This document shows, piece after piece, positions 17,313-25,697 of a stretch of 64,000 bases of DNA. The DNA is from a virus, in the IMG/VR virus record IMGVR_UViG_3300027906_000002, positions 1 through 64,000 of that record; one strand, written 5' to 3'. Position numbers and translations under genes: made by a program. The notes below the pieces were generated by a model. It did no database searches. It was not told the DNA's origin and saw only the letters and a program-made list of their open reading frames with translations. Numbering within the stretch: position 1 is the first letter of the stretch; each line of letters begins with the position of its first letter.

Positions 17313-17993
17313 ATGACTTTTACTTTTGTTGATGTTCCACTCAAAGAAATTGAAGTGGAACCTGTGAATAAAGATGGGGTAAGGTTCTACCCTATTCCTG
17401 GTGCTGATAAATACTATCCGAGTGTTACCTCAATCACATCGTTTAAGAACGCAGCATTCTTCGCAGGTTGGAGAAAGAAAGTAGGTGAGCATGAGGCTAA
17501 TCAGATTACTGCTAGAGCAACGCAAAGAGGTACTGCATTCCATAGTATTACTGAAGATTATATTAAGGATAAATTAAATCTTGAAGTTTACTTGGAAAAT
17601 AATCCATTATCTGTTAGAATGTTTCAGTCGGCAAAGACTACTCTTGACCGCATTGATAACATACACTGCTTAGAAACATTTTTGTATTCACATTATCTTG
17701 GACTCGCTGGTCGTGTAGACTGTATTGCAGAGTTTGATGGTGAGTTAGCAGTAATTGATTTTAAAACCTCCACTAAAGAAAAGAAGGAAGATTGGGTTGA
17801 ACATTACTTTGTTCAAGAGACTGCGTACGCAGCGATGTTCCTCGAACGTTCAGGTATTGAGGTAAAGAAAATTGTCACACTCATTGCGGTTGAAGATGGG
17901 TCTATACAAGTGTTTCAGAAATACAATCTTGATGACTATCTACAACTACTTAAGTCCTACATTGAAGAATTTGTTAGGGGAAAGAATGCCTAA
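17313..17993 (+). CDS. PD-(D/E)xK exonuclease (Cas4/lambda-exo-like)
   Basis: YPSVTSI, RGTAFH, AGRVDCI..VIDFKTS, YFVQETAYA. Confidence 0.88.
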   Translation: MTFTFVDVPLKEIEVEPVNKDGVRFYPIPGADKYYPSVTSITSFKNAAFFAGWRKKVGEHEANQITARATQRGTAFHSITEDYIKDKLNLEVYLENNPLSVRMFQSAKTTLDRIDNIHCLETFLYSHYLGLAGRVDCIAEFDGELAVIDFKTSTKEKKEDWVEHYFVQETAYAAMFLERSGIEVKKIVTLIAVEDGSIQVFQKYNLDDYLQLLKSYIEEFVRGKNA

Positions 17994-18240
17994 AGAAAAC
18001 TTACTTGAAGATAAGTTCTTAACTCCAACTAAATTCTCTGCAGAGATTGAAAGGTTGGTGCATAAGAGCAGTGGTCTCATTACTTACATCGAGGCAGTAG
18101 TAACCTACTGTCAAGAGAATGAGATCGAAATAGAAACTGTACCAAAACTTTTATCAAAACCATTGAAAGAAAGATTGAAGCATGAAGCTCAGCGTCTTAA
18201 TTATATGAAGCAAACAACTAAAGGAGTGTTACCCTTATGA
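17986..18240 (+). CDS. gp33: Late transcription co-activator gp33
   Basis: FSAEIERLV..YIEAVV.YC.ENEIE.E...KLLSKPLKERLK.EA. Confidence 0.85.
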   Translation: MPKENLLEDKFLTPTKFSAEIERLVHKSSGLITYIEAVVTYCQENEIEIETVPKLLSKPLKERLKHEAQRLNYMKQTTKGVLPL

Positions 18241-18578
18241 CAGAGACTACGTTCTTTGAATCAGAACAGGTTCAGGAAAATTTGAATGATATATTTAATA
18301 CCTATCATGAGATAGCTTCTATGACCAATCATCTTCATAAGATGGATGCAGAAGCAAGAGTTGAGCACATTGATAAGTGTAAAGTCCTCATAGATAAGCA
18401 AAAGAATTTTTATACTAGGTTAACTTTAGCAGCTAAGGAAGATGCTGAAGCAGCAGACATGAGGACAAGGATTGATGCCTTGTCTCAAGCATTTGGGTAC
18501 AAGAGTCTCTTGGACTGCATGGATGCTATGCTCGTTACGTTAGGAAGAGCAGAAAAAAGTCAGTCAGAACTTGATTGA
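18237..18578 (+). CDS. Hypothetical protein (DUF1825-like)
   Basis: FFESEQVQ start; lies between gp33 and gp32. Confidence 0.6.
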   Translation: MTETTFFESEQVQENLNDIFNTYHEIASMTNHLHKMDAEARVEHIDKCKVLIDKQKNFYTRLTLAAKEDAEAADMRTRIDALSQAFGYKSLLDCMDAMLVTLGRAEKSQSELD

Positions 18579-18603
18579 CATTACCTAAATAGTATGCTAC
18601 GAT
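18575..18603 (+). promoter_or_regulatory. Sigma70-type promoter of gp32
   Basis: TTGACA-N17-TACGAT. Confidence 0.55.
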
Positions 18604-18644
18604 TATACAGTAGCAACAATACACTCAATACGGAGAATACGATT

Positions 18645-19562
18645 ATGTCATTTGCTTCACTAAAGAAAGCTGCCTCTGCTGGTAGCAGTCTTAGTAAACT
18701 GACACAAGAGATAGAAAAACTAAACCAACCTCAGAGTGGTGGAGGTGCTGATGAGCGTCTCTGGAAACCTGAGTTGGATAAATCAGGAAACGGTTATGCC
18801 GTTATCCGATTCCTTCCTGCTCCAGATGGAGAGGACATGCCTTGGGCAAAGATCTGGTCACACTCCTTCAAAGGACCTGGTGGTCAGTGGTACATCGAGA
18901 ACTCTCTTACTACTATTGGTAAGGATGATCCTGTCGGTGAGATGAACAGGGAACTATGGAACAGTGGTCGTGAGTCTGACAAGGCAACTGCTAGAACACA
19001 GAAGAGAAAACTCTCTTACTATTCTAACATCTATGTTGTAAGTGACCCTGCACATCCAGAGAACGAAGGAAGAGTCTTCTTATACCGCTACGGTAAGAAG
19101 ATATTTGATAAGCTAGTAGAAGCAATGCAACCTGCATTTGCTGACGAGACTCCACTAGATCCATTTAATCTATGGAAAGGTGCAGACTTCAAGGTAAAGA
19201 TTCGTAAGGTTGATGGGTACTGGAACTATGATAAGTCAGAGTTCGCTGCACCTGCTACTCTAGGTAAACTAGATGATACAGAACTAGAAGAGATTTGGAA
19301 GAAGTCCTACTCACTCGCTGAGTTTGAAGCACCTAAGAACTTTAAGTCTTATGAGCAACTCAAGTCAAGATTGAATCTAGTATTAGGTAAGTCTGCACCT
19401 CGTACAGCACCTGTTGTTGACGAGAGTGAAGAGGAAGTAGTACCTGCTAATTGGGGTAAAGAAGTATCAGATTTCAGAGAGAAAGTAGGGGCAACAGCAC
19501 CTGCTTCAGCAACTGAAGGTGATACACTCTCATACTTCCAGTCATTAGCAGAGGAGGACTGA
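18645..19562 (+). CDS. gp32: ssDNA-binding protein gp32
   Basis: DKSGNGYAVIRFLP, WYIENSLTT, YGKKIFDK, WNYDKSEF; acidic tail; SD GGAG. Confidence 0.95.
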   Translation: MSFASLKKAASAGSSLSKLTQEIEKLNQPQSGGGADERLWKPELDKSGNGYAVIRFLPAPDGEDMPWAKIWSHSFKGPGGQWYIENSLTTIGKDDPVGEMNRELWNSGRESDKATARTQKRKLSYYSNIYVVSDPAHPENEGRVFLYRYGKKIFDKLVEAMQPAFADETPLDPFNLWKGADFKVKIRKVDGYWNYDKSEFAAPATLGKLDDTELEEIWKKSYSLAEFEAPKNFKSYEQLKSRLNLVLGKSAPRTAPVVDESEEEVVPANWGKEVSDFREKVGATAPASATEGDTLSYFQSLAEED

Positions 19563-19633
19563 TTATAAACTGGCACAAGGAGGACTTAATATCCTCTTTG
19601 TGCTGTTATAATAAGTATATTAACAGGAGAATT

Positions 19634-20044
19634 ATGAAACTAGCACCATTACTATTGTTTCCATTTCTGATTGCTGGCAGTGCTCAAGCGTACGAGTCAC
19701 AACCAGGCTGGTCTTCATCGAGAAAATGTATACGCAAAGAATATAGAGAAGAGTATGTTCCTGGTACAGCAAACAGTCCAGGATATGTTAAGTCATGGCA
19801 TGATACTATTGAAGTACCATGTAGGCCATGGAGATCATCACCCCCTAGAGAAAGAGAACCAAGACCAATCATTCAAAGAGCACCATCACCTGACGGTAAT
19901 GAGTGTAGTGACGGAGCAGTTCTTGGTGGTATCTTAGGTGGAGGAGCTGCCGCAGCAATATCTCAAGGAGATGGACGCTGGTGGGCAATTCCTTTGGGAG
20001 TTGTAACAGGTAGTGTTATTGGTTGTGATATAGACGGAGGATAA
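19634..20044 (+). CDS. Secreted or membrane protein with a glycine-zipper 2TM region
   Basis: Signal peptide; GAVLGGILGGGAAAA..PLGVVTGSVIG. Confidence 0.65.
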   Translation: MKLAPLLLFPFLIAGSAQAYESQPGWSSSRKCIRKEYREEYVPGTANSPGYVKSWHDTIEVPCRPWRSSPPREREPRPIIQRAPSPDGNECSDGAVLGGILGGGAAAAISQGDGRWWAIPLGVVTGSVIGCDIDGG

Positions 20045-20046
20045 TA

Positions 20047-20361
20047 ATGACGGAAGAAGCGGTTAGGAAAATTTTACCTCATCTTTGTTATACTAAGGAA
20101 GAAGTTGATATCTTAATCGCTGAAGCCTTAGCAGAAGCACGTAGAATAGATGAAGAGTCTATGCGTAAACATAACCGAGATGCTACTATTATTAGTATGA
20201 TTCTCGGTTTTACTTGTTTAGCATTGTTTTTAGATGGGACACTAAGATTACTCGGTATCATTCCACCTTTTATGGACATAGATATAAGTATAGTTGATAA
20301 GATTGCAGACAGAGTAGAGACTGAAATCCTCCCACTAATACAAAAGATACCGAGATTTTAA
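20047..20361 (+). CDS. Small membrane protein
   Basis: Hydrophobic IISMILGFTCLALFLDG. Confidence 0.65.
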   Translation: MTEEAVRKILPHLCYTKEEVDILIAEALAEARRIDEESMRKHNRDATIISMILGFTCLALFLDGTLRLLGIIPPFMDIDISIVDKIADRVETEILPLIQKIPRF

Positions 20362-20892
20362 ATGAATGTTTTTGATGACTTTCTTTCTGAGAAAGATGCA
20401 GGTGCTATACAATCCTATATGATGTCAGAGCATTTTCCTTGGTTCTATTCATCAGAGGATCCATCTTGTAAGTATGAGCATGTTTTTTATTCTGCTAAAG
20501 GGGAGAATCCAGAACCAGATAGAGAAATTGCTGCTGGTACATGTTTAATATTAGATCCTTTGATGCAAGCATTGAAAGTTTCTAAACCATTTCTTGTTAA
20601 AGCAGTCTCTATTGCACAAACAGACAATATAATACAGCAAGAGTATGCTACTAGTACAAGGAAGACTGCATTTTATTATGTTAACACTAATGATGGAGTA
20701 CTAGAAATCGCAGATAGTAATACCTCTTATTCTCCAGAGAATATAAAGATTGAGAGTCTTGCTAATTCTATTGCAGTATTAGATGAAGGACTAAAGTATA
20801 AAGGATCTACATGTACTGATCAAGGAAGAAGAGTTTTTATACGTGTAGAGTATGAAGAGCAACCATATAAAATGATAAGAGTCGATAAATAA
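20362..20892 (+). CDS. Hypothetical protein, possibly a degenerate 2OG-oxygenase fold
   Basis: FPWFY, FYYVNTNDG, SIAV..EGL.Y.GSTCTD..RV pattern; metal-ligand His residues not evident. Confidence 0.45.
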   Translation: MNVFDDFLSEKDAGAIQSYMMSEHFPWFYSSEDPSCKYEHVFYSAKGENPEPDREIAAGTCLILDPLMQALKVSKPFLVKAVSIAQTDNIIQQEYATSTRKTAFYYVNTNDGVLEIADSNTSYSPENIKIESLANSIAVLDEGLKYKGSTCTDQGRRVFIRVEYEEQPYKMIRVDK

Positions 20893-20981
20893 CTGTTACG
20901 CAAAACTTAAATCATTATAAAAAAACCCTCTTTTATGAGGGTTTCGTTATAAAATAGTGTGTAAGTTTCAACACAACACAC

Positions 20982-21149
20982 ATGTCAGGCGATTATTTCA
21001 CCCATGAAGACCAACAGACCGAGTGTAAAGCATCGATTGCAATGGATGAGATTAAGGAGTCACGTTGGCACAATACAAACTATATTATTGAGCTAGAAAG
21101 TATGATAGTTAATGCAAGGTACAGGACTGGAAGTCCCATGCAAGACTGA
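20982..21149 (+). CDS. Small hypothetical protein
   Basis: Manual translation MSGDYFTHEDQQ...SPMQD. Confidence 0.5.
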   Translation: MSGDYFTHEDQQTECKASIAMDEIKESRWHNTNYIIELESMIVNARYRTGSPMQD

Positions 21150-21184
21150 TATATTATTCAACTTTTGTTTACCAGGAAACCGTA

Positions 21185-21224
21185 AAAAAAACTCGGCATA
21201 TTTTTTGATATGTAGGGTTTTTTC
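21185..21224. terminator. Probable bidirectional terminator between convergent units
   Basis: A-run, imperfect stem GCATAT/ATATGT, T-run. Confidence 0.5.
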
Positions 21225-22126
21225 TAATATGAGGAAGTTGCTGCTTCACCACCATCAAATGTTTGAGTTGTAGTTGTAGTGGTGGTAGTTGTAGTGGTAG
21301 AACTGGTTCCTGATGTTGTAGTGCTAGAACTACTTGTTGAAGTTGTAGTAGTCGAGGATTCACCAAGTTTTATAGTTGAACTACCAGGACCGTTATCATA
21401 AGATACTATAGTACCAAGTTGACTTAATGATATTGTTTCTGAACCAGAAACGTATCCCTTTGTATCTAAGAATCTTTGTGCAACACTTAATGGCGTAAAT
21501 TTATCATTCTCATCATTCAATTCTTTATGTTCTTCATAAGCAAGTAATTCGTCAATTTCACTTTCTATTTTATTAATCAGACCTTGAGTAGGAATTCTAA
21601 TAAATCGTTTTTTATCATTTAAATGAGATTCGTGTTCATAATTACTTACTGGATATATTGATTGTTCTTTCGTTCTTGTTGTTCCATCAGGTAGTACTGC
21701 TCTCCAAGATTCATTAACTTCATGACCCTTTTCAATAACTGTAATATCTTCAAATCCCTCTTGCTCCCATATCACTTCACGTGTTTCCCAGTGGTGCAAT
21801 CCATCTGGGTCGCTATCGTATTTTTCATTTATATAATCTTGTAGATCCGATTCCCTTCTAGGCCATTGTTCGTAAATATCAGTTATATTGTTTACTAGAA
21901 GAATTAGCCAATCCATATAAGCAGTACCAGTTACCGCTTCTGCAATTTGTTCTGGTCTTACACCATCAGGTAATGTTTTTAACTCAAATTGAGTTACAAA
22001 TTTGTCTATATCTTCTCTTATTGTAACTCGTCTAAAGATATTTTTAACAAGATCGTGTGTAAACGCATCATCATCTGTGATACCCTTTCCAACATATACG
22101 TTTGGTAAGTGAGAAAAATAAGACAT
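21224..22126 (-). CDS. gp53: Baseplate wedge protein gp53
   Basis: MSYFSHLP, KNIFRRV, RPEQIA..WLILLVNNI.D.YEQWP; Ser/Thr tail. Confidence 0.85.
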   Translation of the reverse strand: MSYFSHLPNVYVGKGITDDDAFTHDLVKNIFRRVTIREDIDKFVTQFELKTLPDGVRPEQIAEAVTGTAYMDWLILLVNNITDIYEQWPRRESDLQDYINEKYDSDPDGLHHWETREVIWEQEGFEDITVIEKGHEVNESWRAVLPDGTTRTKEQSIYPVSNYEHESHLNDKKRFIRIPTQGLINKIESEIDELLAYEEHKELNDENDKFTPLSVAQRFLDTKGYVSGSETISLSQLGTIVSYDNGPGSSTIKLGESSTTTTSTSSSSTTTSGTSSTTTTTTTTTTTQTFDGGEAATSSY

Positions 22127-22127
22127 T

Positions 22128-23234
22128 TTAGTATCCCTGTGTGCAGTTGTCTGCTGTAAGAAGTGTCACTTCTGTAAATGATAGGTTCATAATAACTGCT
22201 GGTACGCTTAATGACCTGATTGTGGGATCATTAGAATCATCAGCTGCAACTCTTTTTAATGCATTATATTGATTATCTGGAGTATAGTTAAGAGTAACAC
22301 CACTGCAGACTGAAGGCATAATTTTAAAATGTAGATTTGGTGTTATATGCGGTACTGAACTTACTGTCTGATCTGCTGCTAAACGTACAAAATCTATTTC
22401 AAACTTATTTGGGATAGAGAAGAATCTTCTTTCCTCTGCTGCATTTTTTATATTAGCACCACCAGCACCACCGAAAATTTTTCCTAATTCCTCTCTTGCA
22501 TCTGCAGATTTTTGAAAACCATCACCCTCTTGATCGGAATCGAATTTTGCTCCTTGACTTGCCATTCCATCTAATATTCCTCCTCTTTGATATCTTGGGT
22601 GAGCACCTGCTTTAAAATAATGTATAATTTCTTCTATCGTTTGTGATTCTTGAGGATCTCTAGCAAACATTTTGAAACTAAAGTTATGCTGACGGAAATT
22701 CATATTATTGAATATTTGTTCCGTATAAGGGTTGAATATTCTTCCCTTTGTCATTGCTTCTAGAGATTGAGTATCAATACTACCTTGCAATCCCATCATA
22801 CCACCGATACTGTTAACTGCTGTTGTTAAAGTACTTGCGAGGAATTCTGGAGCAGATGCTCTTGCAGCGGCTTGAAGGGTATTGGTTAAAGCATTCATGT
22901 CATCAAAACCAGCAGTACCACCTGCTGCCCCTAGTGCTACACCACCAACCCCAAGATCTACTTGTCTGTAATTAGCAGAGTATTGGGTAGTTAGTTGTGG
23001 AGGCATTGCAAGATATACCGCAGCAGGAGCTGTACAATATTGCTTTTCAGCTGCGGAGTAATTATATAATGAGTTAGCCTCCATTTTTCTATTATCATCA
23101 AATTTCATCCTATATTGCTTAAATCTCACATAGTCAACGACCTCTGTTCCACCCCACAAATCAGGATTCCTTGAATCTGATGGGACTGGAGGTCTTAATG
23201 GGTAGGTGTAGCAAGCACCATTTAATGCAGACAT
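22128..23234 (-). CDS. gp48: Baseplate tail-tube cap gp48
   Basis: NPYTEQIF..MNFRQHNFSFKM, F.IPNKFEI, LSFTEV.LLT. Confidence 0.8.
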   Translation of the reverse strand: MSALNGACYTYPLRPPVPSDSRNPDLWGGTEVVDYVRFKQYRMKFDDNRKMEANSLYNYSAAEKQYCTAPAAVYLAMPPQLTTQYSANYRQVDLGVGGVALGAAGGTAGFDDMNALTNTLQAAARASAPEFLASTLTTAVNSIGGMMGLQGSIDTQSLEAMTKGRIFNPYTEQIFNNMNFRQHNFSFKMFARDPQESQTIEEIIHYFKAGAHPRYQRGGILDGMASQGAKFDSDQEGDGFQKSADAREELGKIFGGAGGANIKNAAEERRFFSIPNKFEIDFVRLAADQTVSSVPHITPNLHFKIMPSVCSGVTLNYTPDNQYNALKRVAADDSNDPTIRSLSVPAVIMNLSFTEVTLLTADNCTQGY

Positions 23235-23278
23235 GCGTTTACTAGGCTAAATATTATGAGTGATCATATATTTTATTT

Positions 23279-23719
23279 ATGCGGTCTAAACGATATAAAC
23301 AGGGTCGTTATAAATTAACTAATCCTTCTAAGTATAGAGGTGACCCAAATAACGTATGGTATAGGTCATCTTGGGAATTTAAATTCATGTTATTTTGTGA
23401 GAGAACTCCCTATGTTACTGAATGGGGTAGTGAGGAATTAAAAATTCCTTATGTTAAACCATCTGACGGAAGAGTTCATCGATATGTACCTGATTTCTAT
23501 ATGAAAATAGGTAATAAAAAGTATATTGTCGAAGTTAAACCCGAAAGGGAAACTAAAGAACCTGTGATGAGAAAAAAGACTGCAAAGTCTAAAAGAACTT
23601 ATATTAATGAAGTTCTCACATATGCCATTAATAGAGCAAAGTGGGATGCTGCCGATGATTTTTGTAAGGACAGGGGATTGATTTTTCAAATAATTACCGA
23701 AAGGGAGTTAAAAGTCTAA
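23279..23719 (+). CDS. gp4: Head completion nuclease gp4
   Basis: NPSKYRGDP, YRSSWE, WGSEE..IPY, HRYVPDF, EVKP. Confidence 0.88.
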   Translation: MRSKRYKQGRYKLTNPSKYRGDPNNVWYRSSWEFKFMLFCERTPYVTEWGSEELKIPYVKPSDGRVHRYVPDFYMKIGNKKYIVEVKPERETKEPVMRKKTAKSKRTYINEVLTYAINRAKWDAADDFCKDRGLIFQIITERELKV

Positions 23720-24747
23720 TGTTTGGATTAATATTTGCAGCAACAGCAATCGGAGCACTAGTGCATGCCTTTACTGGCAATAGCAATAGTAATAGTGGAG
23801 GCAGTAGTTCTGGTGGTAGTAATTCTAGTGTTGCAACTAGTGGTAATACAACTGGGCAACCTGCAGCGTCATGGGATGGGAAAGCATATACTGTCCCAAT
23901 GGCTAGCGAAGCTCAGTATCCAAAAATAAACGAATTTGTTTCTTTCTCTCTTAAAAATCAAGATTATACACCTTCTTATACAAATCTTTGGTCTTTTCAT
24001 ATAGCAACTCCACCTATACTACAGAATGTTATAGGATTTAATAATGCGTATAGTGATTTTAATCAGACTGTTGGACAACCTGGAGGAAATTTTGTTGCTG
24101 AATTAGGTAATCTTAGAAGTGCTTTAAATTATTATTGTCAAACAGTAAATCTTCCTAGCAGACAAGCAACAACTGGTGGTTTAGTTAATATTGGTGCTGG
24201 TCAGAAATATGCTACAGGGCAAGCATTTAGTCAAATAAGTGCAACCTTTATGATACCTAGAAATCAACATACAAGAAATTTCTTTGAAAGATGGATGCAA
24301 TTAATGGCTCCAGATGCAAATCAATATACCGAATATTATAATTTTTATGTTTCTCCTAGAATATCAATTTATAAGTGGGAAAGGAAAGGAGGTGCAGATA
24401 TACCACAAGGATTTTCTGATCATGTAAGTAGTGGTGGATCTACAAATACTAATATACCTGCAAATAAATTGTATGCTTTAACTGGAAAATGGGAGTTGTG
24501 GAATGCATTCCCATATAATATTGGTGGTATACAATTAAATAATGATCGTGCAAGGGCTATGACATTGACAGTTGGATTTTATTTTGAGAGATATAGATTC
24601 TTCCCTGCAGATGTTAAGGTAGTGGATGAAGTTGGACCTAGAAATGATATTACGATTCCTAGAGATGATGTTGTTACAGGTATAAGAGATGCTTCTGATC
24701 TTCAAGTTGGTATTGCACGTACAGTACAACAATTAATTGTTTCCTAG
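23719..24747 (+). CDS. Tail-tube-fold baseplate protein (gp54-like)
   Basis: YCQTVNLPSRQ, FFERWM, W.LWNAFP.NIG.IQL, LTV.F.FE. Confidence 0.55.
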   Translation: MFGLIFAATAIGALVHAFTGNSNSNSGGSSSGGSNSSVATSGNTTGQPAASWDGKAYTVPMASEAQYPKINEFVSFSLKNQDYTPSYTNLWSFHIATPPILQNVIGFNNAYSDFNQTVGQPGGNFVAELGNLRSALNYYCQTVNLPSRQATTGGLVNIGAGQKYATGQAFSQISATFMIPRNQHTRNFFERWMQLMAPDANQYTEYYNFYVSPRISIYKWERKGGADIPQGFSDHVSSGGSTNTNIPANKLYALTGKWELWNAFPYNIGGIQLNNDRARAMTLTVGFYFERYRFFPADVKVVDEVGPRNDITIPRDDVVTGIRDASDLQVGIARTVQQLIVS

Positions 24748-24780
24748 TCACATAAATATAATTACTGAATTGAATTCTAT

Positions 24781-25491
24781 ATGGCATTACCAAAGCTGAA
24801 TGTACCTAAGTACAAATTGAAACTGCCTTCTGATGGCAGAACTGTGAATTATAGACCATTCTTAGTCAAAGAAGAAAAGTTGTTATTATTAGCAACTGAA
24901 ACAGGAGATCAATCCGATATCATTAGAGCTATTAAGACTATCATTACTGAATGTACTGATATTCATGATATTGACGATCTTCCTACATTTGACATTGAAT
25001 TTGTTTTCCTACAGATTCGTACAAAATCTGTTGGTGAAGCTGTTGATGTGTCTATTGTTTGTCCTGACGACAATGAAACTCAAGTTGAGGTTTCAATACC
25101 TTTAAATGAGATAAAAGTTATCAAGACAAAGGGGCATAAAACAGATTTAAAACTTAGTCCTGAGATTATTCTAACTATGGGATATCCTAGTTTGGATAAT
25201 TTTGTTAAGATGAATTTCTTGGGTGAGGAACCTGGAGTTGATCAAATATTTAAGATGGCTGCTTCATGTGTGAGGCAAATCTCTGATGCTGAAGAAGTAT
25301 ACGAAGCTTCTGATAGTACCGAAGAGGAATTAGTTGAGTTTTTTGATCAATTGAGTAGTAAGCAGTTTTTGATGGTTCAAAGTTTCTTTGAAACTATGCC
25401 TAAACTAGCTCATACTGTTAAGGTTACTAATCCAAAAACACAGGTCGAAAGTGATGTAGTTCTTGAGGGTCTAGCTAGTTTTTTCGGATAG
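24781..25491 (+). CDS. gp26: Baseplate hub assembly protein gp26
   Basis: MALPKLNVP.Y.L.LPS...YRPFLVKEEKLLL, FD.EF.FLQIR.KSVGE, FFETMPKL. Confidence 0.9.
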   Translation: MALPKLNVPKYKLKLPSDGRTVNYRPFLVKEEKLLLLATETGDQSDIIRAIKTIITECTDIHDIDDLPTFDIEFVFLQIRTKSVGEAVDVSIVCPDDNETQVEVSIPLNEIKVIKTKGHKTDLKLSPEIILTMGYPSLDNFVKMNFLGEEPGVDQIFKMAASCVRQISDAEEVYEASDSTEEELVEFFDQLSSKQFLMVQSFFETMPKLAHTVKVTNPKTQVESDVVLEGLASFFG

Positions 25492-25697
25492 CTCTTCTCC
25501 ATACAAGTCTCCAAACTTATTATGAGGTAAATTTCTCTTTAATGCATCATCATAAATGGTCAATTGATACAGTTGACAATTTAATGCCTTGGGAGAAAGA
25601 AGTCTATATGAATCTTTTGGTCGGATTCCTTAAGGAAGAAGAGAAAAGAATGAAGGCACAACAAGCAACAGAGAAGAGACAATACGGTGGCCACTAA
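25488..25697 (+). CDS. gp51: gp51-like baseplate hub assembly segment (first ATG 25542; possibly reached by -1 frameshift from gp26)
   Basis: YYEVNFSLMHHHKWSIDTVDNLMPWEKEVY; missed by the ORF track. Confidence 0.8.
   Translation: MALLHTSLQTYYEVNFSLMHHHKWSIDTVDNLMPWEKEVYMNLLVGFLKEEEKRMKAQQATEKRQYGGH

Noticed and set aside
17313-17993. Cas4-like nuclease as evidence of CRISPR
   Set aside because: It lacks the Fe-S Cys cluster and sits in the usual phoH-gp33 context. No repeat-spacer array or other cas genes were seen.
21169-21366. Plus-strand 65-aa ORF and the Ser/Thr-rich repeat
   Set aside because: Shadow of the low-complexity gp53 tail on the minus strand
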